Numbered from the stretch's first letter, positions 7,611 through 15,652 are shown. The stretch: DNA of 24,000 nt from Leptotrichia sp. oral taxon 212 (GCF_001274535.1 NZ_CP012410.1:755126-779125), one strand, 5' to 3'. Translations and numbers: made by a program. Notes: generated by a model not told the origin, from the sequence alone.

Positions 7611-7836
7611 GAAACTATCTCAAAAAAGAAATAAAACATATGAAAAATATATTTATTCATTTACTAAAATTTCACTAATATAAAACAGTCATTCATAAAG
7701 AAAAAGTCAAAAACTCACCTAAAGGTTCAAACAGATGACTTTTTCTAAATTCATTTCCTGTTTTATATTGTGAAATTATAAATAATTCATAAATATAATT
7801 TTTCATATTACTCTTTAAATTTTTTTGAGACAATTC
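7611..7836. repeat. 226-bp imperfect palindrome, MITE-like, inserted between the GrdB-like and M42-like genes
   Basis: The left arm (7611-7688) and right arm (7758-7836) are reverse complements at roughly three quarters of positions by hand alignment. Examples are GAAACTATCTCAAAAAA vs GAATTGTCTCAAAAAAA at the tips, ATATGAAAAAT, ATATTTAT, and AATTTCAC..AATATAAAACAG at the inner ends. An inner hairpin is formed by AGAAAAAGTCA (7699-7709) and TGACTTTTTCT (7736-7746). Confidence 0.6.
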
Positions 7837-7838
7837 TA

Positions 7839-7867
7839 CTGAAAATTTCTATTTTTAAAAATACAAT
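7839..7867 (+). promoter_or_regulatory. Possible promoter for the peptidase genes, abutting the palindromic element
   Basis: CTGAAA (7839-7844), a 17-bp spacer, then TACAAT (7862-7867), 28 nt upstream of ATG 7895. The match to consensus is weak. Confidence 0.3.
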
Positions 7868-7894
7868 CAAATAAATAAAAGAAATGGAGAAGGT

Positions 7895-8884
7895 ATGAGA
7901 TTAGAGGAATTATGCCAATTAAGGGGAGTTTCAGGAGATGAAAAGGAAGTACATGATTTTTTATATGATGAATATAAAAAAAGAAATCTTCCAATAATAA
8001 AAGACAGACTAGGGTCGGTTTTTGGCATTAAGAAAGGAAACGATTCATCATATAAAATAATGATAAGTTCAAACATGGATGAAAGTGGAGGAATGATTTC
8101 AGACATCAGGGAAGACGGACTGATGGAATTTTTAACAATAGGACTTTATGAAAAAAGTCTGTTTGAACAGAGAACAGTAAAAGTACTTAACAGAAGACAT
8201 GAAGAATATACAGGATTTATAGTAAAAAATGAAAATGAACTTTTACTTGATACAGGATATGGAAATAAAGAGGAAGTTTTAAAAGCGGGAATTCAGATTG
8301 GAGATATTTTTTTACTTGATGTTCCAACTTTATGCCTTCCGGAAGGAGAGATACTTTCTAAAAATCTTTCTAACAGGGCAGGGCTTGAAGTTGGTCTTAC
8401 AGTTCTGGATAAACTGGAAGAAGGTAGGGAAAATCTTCCATTTGATGTAGCAGTAGGCGGAATATCCCATTCAGTAACAGGTCAGCGTGGAGCAATAACG
8501 GCAACGACTGCTGTAAAACCTGATATAGCTATTGTCATTGATGCGACATATGTAAAAGAACCTAAAGAAAATGCCGTATATATTCGCAGTTTTGATAAGT
8601 CAATGCTTCCAAATCAAATGTTAAAACAGGAATTTTATGAAGCTGCACAGAAAAAAGGATATATTCCTGAAGGGCATGTTCAGCTGGAAGCAACAGACGG
8701 TTCTTTTATCCATAAGTCATTGGAGGGAACTCCGGCAGTTGTACTTGTACTGCCTTTAAAACATAAACAGGCTCTTTTAAATTCGTTAAAAGTAAAGCAC
8801 ATAAATAATCTTAGTGATGTAATCATAGAGTTTATTAAGGGGCTGACTGCTGAAAAAATAGAAAAATTCGGATTTAAAGGGTGA
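7895..8884 (+). CDS. M42 peptidase-fold paralog with degenerate metal-binding residues (probably non-catalytic)
   Basis: 329 aa with RBS GGAGAAGG. It is collinear with the downstream M42 protein, but motifs are altered: SSNMDESG vs THMDEVG (His to Asn), KNLSNR vs KAFDNR (Asp to Ser), GISHSVTGQRGA vs TVQEEVGLRGA (Glu-Glu to His-Ser). VIDAT retains the Asp. Confidence 0.75.
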   Translation: MRLEELCQLRGVSGDEKEVHDFLYDEYKKRNLPIIKDRLGSVFGIKKGNDSSYKIMISSNMDESGGMISDIREDGLMEFLTIGLYEKSLFEQRTVKVLNRRHEEYTGFIVKNENELLLDTGYGNKEEVLKAGIQIGDIFLLDVPTLCLPEGEILSKNLSNRAGLEVGLTVLDKLEEGRENLPFDVAVGGISHSVTGQRGAITATTAVKPDIAIVIDATYVKEPKENAVYIRSFDKSMLPNQMLKQEFYEAAQKKGYIPEGHVQLEATDGSFIHKSLEGTPAVVLVLPLKHKQALLNSLKVKHINNLSDVIIEFIKGLTAEKIEKFGFKG

Positions 8885-8889
8885 GAAAA

Positions 8890-9969
8890 ATGAATTTTGA
8901 TATAAAATGGGAAGTTTTGAAGGAGCTGACAGAAACTTATGCAATTTCAGGATTTGAAGAGGATATTGTCAATATATTGAAAAAGCATATAAATCTTCCA
9001 TTTTCTCAGGATGGTCTTGGATCCTGCCTTTTTACAAAAGAAGGCAACGGTATTTCTATAATGGTAGCCACTCATATGGACGAAGTAGGATTTGTCGTAA
9101 AGGAAATAGATGAGCAGGGGTACCTGTATTTTCAGAATGTAGGAAATATGTGGTCGCATGTTCTGCTTAATCAGAAAGTGGCAGTTATAAATGAAAAAAA
9201 GAATATATATTATGGTGTTATTGGTGGACCTGCAGTCCATTCAATAAAGGAAAAGGAAAGAGAAAAGGTATTGCCAATTGATAAACTATATATTGATATG
9301 GGAGTTAGCAGTAAAAAACGGATTGAAGAACTGGGAATAAAAGTAGGAGACATGATATGTCCGTATGGAGAAATGATAGAACTGAATGAGAAAGGATACC
9401 TCGCAGGAAAAGCCTTTGATAATCGTGTAAGTGTAGCGACAGGAATATGGCTTATGAATATGCTGAAAAAGGAAAATACAGGTAATAAGGTTACTCTCGC
9501 GGCAACAGTACAGGAGGAAGTTGGGCTAAGAGGTGCAAGAACAACAGCACATAAAGTATTTCCTGACCTGGCAATAGCTGTAGATACTACTTTGGCAGGG
9601 GATACCCCCTTGAATAAAAACAATATAAAGCTTGGCAAAGGAGTAGCCATTAATGTTATTGATTCAATGACCATAATGAACAGGGGACTGCTTATTTATA
9701 TTGAAAATCTGTGCAGAAAGAATGACATTCCTTATCAGCTGAGCTGTTTTACAGATGGTGGGACTGATGCAGGAAATATTCATAAGTCAGGAACTGGAAT
9801 ACTTGCAACAACTTTATCTATACCTATGAGATACATGCATACTCATCTTGGAGTCGTACATAAGGATGATATTATTGCGACATTGAAACTGCTGAAACTG
9901 ATAATAGAAGATCTGACTCCTGAAAAGTATGACAGAATACTGAGGGAAAACTATAATTACAGTGAATAA
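8890..9969 (+). CDS. M42 family glutamyl/leucyl-type aminopeptidase (TET/FrvX/YpdE-like), catalytic motifs intact
   Basis: ATG 8890 is preferred over GTG 8881 because the RBS AAGGGTGAG precedes it. Motifs present: ATHMDEVGF, GKAFDNR, QEEVGLRGA, AIAVDTT, GGTDAG, PMRYMHT. The alternative GTG 8881 would overlap the upstream gene's stop codon (8882-8884). Confidence 0.85.
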   Translation: MNFDIKWEVLKELTETYAISGFEEDIVNILKKHINLPFSQDGLGSCLFTKEGNGISIMVATHMDEVGFVVKEIDEQGYLYFQNVGNMWSHVLLNQKVAVINEKKNIYYGVIGGPAVHSIKEKEREKVLPIDKLYIDMGVSSKKRIEELGIKVGDMICPYGEMIELNEKGYLAGKAFDNRVSVATGIWLMNMLKKENTGNKVTLAATVQEEVGLRGARTTAHKVFPDLAIAVDTTLAGDTPLNKNNIKLGKGVAINVIDSMTIMNRGLLIYIENLCRKNDIPYQLSCFTDGGTDAGNIHKSGTGILATTLSIPMRYMHTHLGVVHKDDIIATLKLLKLIIEDLTPEKYDRILRENYNYSE

Positions 9970-9996
9970 GATGAAAAAACTTGAGGAGGTAAGAAG

Positions 9997-10962
9997 ATGT
10001 GGGGAATAATTGCAACATGGTGCATGGCACATGATGGTGTCAAAGAAGCTTCAGAAATATTGAAAAATGATGGAAAAGCAGGAGAAGCGATAGAAACTGC
10101 AATAAAAAACGTTGAAGATTTTCCTTTTTATAAATCTGTAGGTTACGGTGGACTTCCAAATGAAGAAATGGAAGTCGAACTGGATGCGGCATACATGGAT
10201 GGAAGCAGCTTTGATTTTGGTGCAGTATGTGCCATTAAAGATTTTGCCAATCCTATATCTGTTGCCAGAGATTTGAGTCATTTAAATGAAAATAGCATGT
10301 TAGTAAGTGAAGGTGCAGAAAAATATGCGCATAAAAAAGGTTTTGAAAGAAAAAATATGCTTACAGAAAGGGCAAAAATACATTACAGAAACAGATTGAA
10401 GGATATGGCACATATAAAAGAAATAGAAATAAAGCCCTATTCAGGACATGATACGGTTGGTATGGTGTGCCTTGATAAAGAAGAAAATATAGTTGCAGGA
10501 ACTTCTACAAGTGGACTTTTCATGAAAAAGAAAGGAAGAGTGGGAGATTCGCCTGTAATCGGTTCAGGACTCTATGCTGACAGTGAGATTGGAGGAGCAA
10601 GTGCAACAGGACTCGGAGAAGATATAATGAAAGGAATAATTTCATATGAGATAGTAAAACTTATGGAAAGTGGTCTTTCTCCTCAGAAAGCATGTGAAAA
10701 GGCTGTCTTCACTTTTGAAAAGAAATTGATAAGAAAAAGAGGAAAAGCAGGAGATATTTCTGTAATTGCCATGAATAACAAAGGAGAATGGGGAGTAGCT
10801 ACAAATATTGAAAATTTTTCCTTTGTTGCAGGAAATGAAAAGACTCCTGTAAAAGTATACAGGACAAAAAGAAAAGGCAATGAAATGAAACACGAAGAAG
10901 CGACTGAAGAATGGCTACAGGAGTATATCAATGAAAGAACTAAACCTCTTATAGAAAAGTAA
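9997..10962 (+). CDS. Ntn-hydrolase of the Asparaginase_2 family, glycosylasparaginase (N4-(beta-N-acetylglucosaminyl)-L-asparaginase)-like, cytoplasmic
   Basis: 321 aa with RBS GAGGAGG. The autoprocessing site SGHDTVGMVCLD matches the HDT(I/V)GM signature of glycosylasparaginases rather than the GTVGAV of isoaspartyl peptidases. The N-terminus WGIIATW resembles AGA (VVNTW). GDSPVIGSGLYAD and GASATGLGEDIM are present. There is no signal peptide. Confidence 0.75.
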   Translation: MWGIIATWCMAHDGVKEASEILKNDGKAGEAIETAIKNVEDFPFYKSVGYGGLPNEEMEVELDAAYMDGSSFDFGAVCAIKDFANPISVARDLSHLNENSMLVSEGAEKYAHKKGFERKNMLTERAKIHYRNRLKDMAHIKEIEIKPYSGHDTVGMVCLDKEENIVAGTSTSGLFMKKKGRVGDSPVIGSGLYADSEIGGASATGLGEDIMKGIISYEIVKLMESGLSPQKACEKAVFTFEKKLIRKRGKAGDISVIAMNNKGEWGVATNIENFSFVAGNEKTPVKVYRTKRKGNEMKHEEATEEWLQEYINERTKPLIEK

Positions 10963-10974
10963 GGCAGGTAGAAA

Positions 10975-12195
10975 ATGGATAAAAATATGGATGTTAACAA
11001 AAAATATGACAATAGTAAGAATATTTCCAATGAGGAAATGATACAGAAAATAAAAAAAGAAGTGAAAAAAATACAGCCAGAATTAATAGAGACAATACGG
11101 GAATTAGTTTCTATTTACAGCATTCAGATGGAACCTGAAGAAAATGCTCCATTTGGAAAAGGGCCTACCGAGGCACTTAATAAAGCTCTGGAAATATCAG
11201 AAAGACTGGGATTTAATACAGTAAATATAGATAATAAAATAGGTTATGCCGAATATATACCGGAAGAAATAAGGGGTTATGAAGAATATATAGGGATTTT
11301 TGGACATGTAGATGTTGTTCCTCTTGGCGAAGGGTGGAAGTATCCTCCATTAGGTGGAAAAATAGAAAATAACCGTATATATGGAAGAGGTGTTCTAGAT
11401 AATAAAGGTCCTATTCTGTCAAATCTTTTTGCACTCCATATTCTGAAAAAATTAGGAATAAAATTTGATGTTCCTGTAAGAATAGTTTTCGGAACAAATG
11501 AAGAAACAGGATTTGCATGTGTAAAACATTATCTGACAAAGGAAAAAGCCCCTATTTTTGGCTGGACTCCTGATTGTAAATGGCCAGTTGTATACGGAGA
11601 AAGGGGAAGGCTTAAAGTAAGAATATATTCTGAAATGAAAGATTTAGAGAAATTATATGAATTTGTAAATGGATATATTTTATCAGCACCTAATAATGGT
11701 GTAAAATTAAAAATAAACTTTAAGGATGATGATTTCGGAGAAATGATATTAAGAGGGTATAGATTTGGAATTGCTGAAAATAGATATTTTTTTGAATTTG
11801 TAATGAGCTATCCTGCAATATGTAAAAAAGAACAACTTATGAATCTAATCAGGAGTAATTTGACGGAAGGAACGGAGCTGGAGGAAATTTCCAACTGGAA
11901 TCCAGTTCTATATGATAAAAGTTCTGAATATGTGTATACCTTACAGAAAGTATATAATTATGTTACAGGATTTAATGCGGAACCTGTCACAACGACAGGA
12001 GGAACTTATGCAAAGATAATTCCTAATATTATTGCATATGGCCCAAGTTTTCCAGGTCAGAAGGATATAGCACATTTACCTGATGAGTGGCTTGATTTAT
12101 CAGATTTAGAGAAAATAACAGAGATTTATGCACTTTCATTATATGAAATAAGTAAGTTGAAAAATAAAAGACAAAGTAGAAAGTTGAAAAAGTAA
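10975..12195 (+). CDS. M20 family dipeptidase (PepV/Sapep-like)
   Basis: 406 aa. Motifs: FGHVDVVPLGEGWKYPP, GRGVLDNKGP, FGTNEETG, and C-terminal TTGGTYAK...AHLPDEW. The overall layout fits PepV-type dipeptidases. Confidence 0.85.
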   Translation: MDKNMDVNKKYDNSKNISNEEMIQKIKKEVKKIQPELIETIRELVSIYSIQMEPEENAPFGKGPTEALNKALEISERLGFNTVNIDNKIGYAEYIPEEIRGYEEYIGIFGHVDVVPLGEGWKYPPLGGKIENNRIYGRGVLDNKGPILSNLFALHILKKLGIKFDVPVRIVFGTNEETGFACVKHYLTKEKAPIFGWTPDCKWPVVYGERGRLKVRIYSEMKDLEKLYEFVNGYILSAPNNGVKLKINFKDDDFGEMILRGYRFGIAENRYFFEFVMSYPAICKKEQLMNLIRSNLTEGTELEEISNWNPVLYDKSSEYVYTLQKVYNYVTGFNAEPVTTTGGTYAKIIPNIIAYGPSFPGQKDIAHLPDEWLDLSDLEKITEIYALSLYEISKLKNKRQSRKLKK

Positions 12196-12327
12196 TAAAA
12201 ATAGAATTTACAGTAAAAATAAAAAAGAGGAGATAAAGAATACAAATTTAAAATAACAAAAACGATAGTAAAGTATTTTTTGTATATACTGTATTTTTTA
12301 ACATCCTCTTTCTTTATTAGATTCTGG

Positions 12328-12663
12328 TTATCTGAATTTTACAATTTCTCCTGAGTTGCTGTTCACATCATATTCAAACTTCTTTCCGTTTACGTAAAAT
12401 TCAATTTCATATACGGCAATGCCATTTTCTACCCCAAGCTGAATTTTAGTAATTTTAGCATCACGTTCTGCTACCCTTGCATGAGATAACGCAATTTTTT
12501 TAGCTTTTTCAGAAGAAATATTTGTTCCTGCAGAAAATTTAATTTTTTCAGCAGTATTATCCTGATTAAGAATAAAATCTTTGTAATTAATATTAGCAGA
12601 ATATACTGTTATTTCAAGCAAAAGAGAAATAATTAATATTGATTTAAAAAATATATTCTTCAA
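12328..12663 (-). CDS. Secreted PepSY-domain protein
   Basis: 111 aa with a TTG start, supported by GGAAAGGAG 7 nt upstream. It has an N-terminal signal-like segment (ILIISLLLEITVYS). The C-terminal ISSEKAKKIALSHA...ITKIQLGVENGIAVYEIEFYVNGKKFEYDVNSNSGEIV fits the PepSY pattern. Confidence 0.7.
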   Translation of the reverse strand: MKNIFFKSILIISLLLEITVYSANINYKDFILNQDNTAEKIKFSAGTNISSEKAKKIALSHARVAERDAKITKIQLGVENGIAVYEIEFYVNGKKFEYDVNSNSGEIVKFR

Positions 12664-12689
12664 TGTTATTCTCCTTTCCTATTTCAATT

Positions 12690-13040
12690 TTACTTATTGG
12701 AACTCCATTTTATAGCTCTTCCTGTATAAGCATCAATTTCAAAGTCGTAAGTTACCCCACCATGAACCAATTTTCCTTTAAATGAATCCCCTTCTCCACG
12801 AAACTCCTTAACATCTGATACATTTGAACCAGGAACTCTGGCTGTAACAATTTGCTTAACTCTGTCATGAGAAAGTTTAACTCTGCTGTTTTTTGAATCT
12901 TTAACTTCTGAATTTCCAACTTGATTTTCAATAACAAAATTTGGAATTTTCACTGCAGCATCAGGTTTACCTGAAGAAAATGCAATACTTCCCAGAATTA
13001 AAAGACCAGACAAAGCAAATTTTAAATAATTTTTTTTCAT
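12690..13040 (-). CDS. Secreted PepSY-domain protein
   Basis: 116 aa with RBS AAGGAGG and signal peptide MKKNYLKFALSGLLILGSIAFS. LSHDRVKQIVTARVPG...GKLVHGGVTYDFEIDAYTGRAI fits PepSY. Confidence 0.7.
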   Translation of the reverse strand: MKKNYLKFALSGLLILGSIAFSSGKPDAAVKIPNFVIENQVGNSEVKDSKNSRVKLSHDRVKQIVTARVPGSNVSDVKEFRGEGDSFKGKLVHGGVTYDFEIDAYTGRAIKWSSNK

Positions 13041-13063
13041 ATTGATAACCTCCTTATTTTTTC

Positions 13064-13072
13064 ATTATATCA
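13064..13072 (-). promoter_or_regulatory. Extended -10 promoter element (TGaTATAAT on the minus strand) upstream of the PepSY genes
   Basis: The reverse complement of 13064-13072 reads TGATATAAT, about 24 nt upstream of the ATG at 13040. The -35 is weak (TGGAAT). Confidence 0.35.
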
Positions 13073-13192
13073 TAATTATTTCTACAATTCCATAATAGCA
13101 AATTTTCATTAAAGAAAAATGAGAAGACAGATTTTTCAAAATAATTTTTAATGTATAATTTTGATTTTTTATAAAATTTATAATAAATCAAT

Positions 13193-14542
13193 CTAAAGGG
13201 GGATTTTTATTGTGAAAATAGTTCCTTTTTCAATTTTGCTAATAACTGAAATATCTCCATTATGAGCTTCTACAATCCATTTTACCATTGAAAGTCCAAG
13301 CCCGGCTCCTTCATTATTACGTGAAGGATCAACCTGATAAAATCTTGTCCATATTTTATCAATATGTTCATGACTGATTCCAATTCCATCGTCAGCAATT
13401 TTAATTACAATCATTTTTTCCTGTATATATAAGTCAAAATAAATATTTCCATTAATTTTTCCATATGTAACAGCATTTGAAAGAAGATTTATAAAAACTC
13501 TCATTATCATTGATTCATCAATATCTGCATAAATATTAGGCGTAATTTTGGAAATAATATTAATATTTTTAGTTCTTGCATTTTCTCTTCTGGAATCAAT
13601 AACAATTTCTGCAAGTTCACTGATATTGATATTGGCAAGATTTAATTTCTGATGTCCCTTGTCCATTCTTGCAAGTGTTAAAAGCTGTGAAACAAGATGT
13701 GACATTTTTTGAGTTTCATTAAAGATTATATTGAAGATATTTTTACTTTCTGAAACTGTAGAAACATTGTCCTTTCCGTATTCTGCCTGAGCCATTATAA
13801 CAGAAATAGGAGTACGTAGTTCATGAGAAACATCTGAATTGAACTGTACTTCCCTTTCAAAAGAATTTTGAAGCCTGTCAAACATTGTGTCAAATGTATT
13901 TGCCAATGTATAGATTTCATCATTTCCTTTACCAAGGTTTATTCTTTGTGACAGATCATCTCCTTCATTTATTTTTTCAGCGGCAGATCTTATTTTTTCA
14001 ATAGGGATAAATGCATTTTTAGTTATGATATATCCAATTATTCCGGCAAAAATAAGAAAAAATGGAAATCCAACAAGAGAAATTGTGATGACAGTTTCCA
14101 TGGCCTGACTTGCTCCAACAGCAGACATTACACCACGAACCCAAACTTCTCCATATCCCTCATAAGTTTTTTTACTTTCATATACATACCATTTTTCATA
14201 CTGATGTTTAACAGTCTTAATACTTTTTTTATCTGAAAATGTATCATCGTATTCAAAATTCAGTGGATTATTACCGTATACAAATCCCAAGTTTTTATTA
14301 TACACTGAAAGCTGTATAGTATCTATCTTTGTTTCCATGTCATTTTCAACGATAATTTCACCATCTATGATGGAGATTTCCCTGAAACTGCTTTCTACTG
14401 TACTTTTAAGACGTCCATATTCATATGAATGAATAATATTCTCACTCATATAGAAAATAATTAAAAGAAACAGAATTACAAGACCTGTCATTAGACCCAT
14501 GTACCATAATGTTATTTTCAGTTTTATAGAAATTTTATTCAT
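13193..14542 (-). CDS. Sensor histidine kinase (two TM segments, HAMP, HisKA, HATPase_c)
   Basis: 449 aa with H-box SHELRTPISVI, N-box LLSNAVTYG, G-boxes DDGIGI and GAGLGLS. The start overlaps the response-regulator stop by 8 nt. Confidence 0.9.
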   Translation of the reverse strand: MNKISIKLKITLWYMGLMTGLVILFLLIIFYMSENIIHSYEYGRLKSTVESSFREISIIDGEIIVENDMETKIDTIQLSVYNKNLGFVYGNNPLNFEYDDTFSDKKSIKTVKHQYEKWYVYESKKTYEGYGEVWVRGVMSAVGASQAMETVITISLVGFPFFLIFAGIIGYIITKNAFIPIEKIRSAAEKINEGDDLSQRINLGKGNDEIYTLANTFDTMFDRLQNSFEREVQFNSDVSHELRTPISVIMAQAEYGKDNVSTVSESKNIFNIIFNETQKMSHLVSQLLTLARMDKGHQKLNLANINISELAEIVIDSRRENARTKNINIISKITPNIYADIDESMIMRVFINLLSNAVTYGKINGNIYFDLYIQEKMIVIKIADDGIGISHEHIDKIWTRFYQVDPSRNNEGAGLGLSMVKWIVEAHNGDISVISKIEKGTIFTIKIPL

Positions 14543-15212
14543 TTTCCACCTTCAGAATATATCCAATCCCTCTTATAGTGTGAATCAGTTTTGGTGAAAA
14601 ATTATTATCAATTTTTTTTCTTAAATATCGTATATATACATCAACAACATTTGTACCACCTTCATAGTTATAATCCCATATGTGCTGCTCAATTTTTTCT
14701 CTTGAAAGGACTTTTTCCTTGTTTCTGATCATATATTCCAGAATAGTAAATTCTCTTGTTGAGAGTTTTATGGAAATTTTATCTCTGGACACTTCGTGGG
14801 AATCACAGTTAACAGTAAGGTTTGCAATAGTAAAAACATTGCTTGCATTATTTGTATTTCTTCTGAGAAGTACACGGATTCTTGCTAAAAGCTCATCAAA
14901 GGCAAAAGGCTTTATAAGATAGTCATCAGCTCCAAAATCAAGTCCCTGAACCCTGTCCTCTATTCCGTCACGTGCAGTGAGAAGAAGAACAGGAGTTTTG
15001 ATATTCTGCTTTCTTATCTTTTTAAGAACCTCAAATCCATCTAATTTAGGCAGCATAATATCCAGTATTATGACATCATATTCAATAGAAAAAATATAAT
15101 CAAGTGCTTCCTTCCCATCAAAGCATGAATCAACGCCATAGTGTTCCAATTTTAATTTTTTTACAATAATGTCATTTAAATTAACTTCATCTTCAACTAC
15201 AAGTATTCTCAT
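14535..15212 (-). CDS. OmpR-family response regulator
   Basis: Start placed at MRILVVEDE (ATG at 15212, RBS AAGGGG upstream) rather than the ORF-track 15296. Receiver motifs VIILDIMLPKLDG and LLLTA are present. The C-terminal winged helix reads LSTREFTILEYM...IHTIRGIGYIL. Confidence 0.9.
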   Translation of the reverse strand: MRILVVEDEVNLNDIIVKKLKLEHYGVDSCFDGKEALDYIFSIEYDVIILDIMLPKLDGFEVLKKIRKQNIKTPVLLLTARDGIEDRVQGLDFGADDYLIKPFAFDELLARIRVLLRRNTNNASNVFTIANLTVNCDSHEVSRDKISIKLSTREFTILEYMIRNKEKVLSREKIEQHIWDYNYEGGTNVVDVYIRYLRKKIDNNFSPKLIHTIRGIGYILKVENE

Positions 15213-15579
15213 ATGAAAATAGTCCCCTTTCTTCTTAAGTTGCAAAGTTAACAGATGTTTTTTCTTTATTATACAGTAAGTATTGGATAAAAGCAAGGAA
15301 ATAAGATAGCCAGGAAATTAACAATATATATTAATATCTATCATACATTAGTTATTAATAATATAAATAAAAAAATATAATTATTATTTAGAAAACTAGA
15401 TAATTATTATGTTTTATTTAATTATAAATATTTAAAATTCGCATCCTGGCATATAAAAAATATTTAAATAAGGGATAGATACAAAATAAACTTGTATAAA
15501 TCAAACTTTATATGATAAAATAACAACACTGGTAAAAGTTTTTTAGTAAAAGTGAAATTATAGAAATTTTAGAAAAATG

Positions 15580-15588
15580 TGGTATAAT
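15580..15588 (+). promoter_or_regulatory. Extended -10 promoter (TGgTATAAT) for the lipoprotein/YafY transcription unit
   Basis: TGGTATAAT at 15580-15588, about 65 nt upstream of ATG 15653, within the AT-rich divergent region 15213-15634. Confidence 0.4.
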
Positions 15589-15652
15589 TTACTAAAGAAT
15601 AACAGGTGTATCTAAAAAATGAGAAAATAAATATATGGGAGGAAAAATAAAA

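Noticed and set aside
12196-12327. Search for a terminator between the convergent M20 and PepSY genes. Candidates were AAAGAGGA/TCCTCTTT and TACAGTA/TACTGTA pairs and a GTATTTTTT direct repeat.
   Set aside because: The complementary segments are 60-70 nt apart with no compact stem-loop plus U-tract, so I could not support a specific terminator call.
15213-15296. N-terminal extensions of the two response-regulator ORFs (15213-15296 and 23879-23938).
   Set aside because: The canonical receiver start (MRILVVEDE / MYNVLIADD) is preceded by a good RBS in both cases. The extensions are unconserved-looking AT-rich read-through of the promoter region.
15447-15463. TGGCAT in the RR/lipoprotein divergent region, resembling the -24 element of a sigma-54 promoter.
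   Set aside because: The required -12 GC element (TTGCW) is absent at the proper spacing. The following sequence is ATAAAAAATAT.
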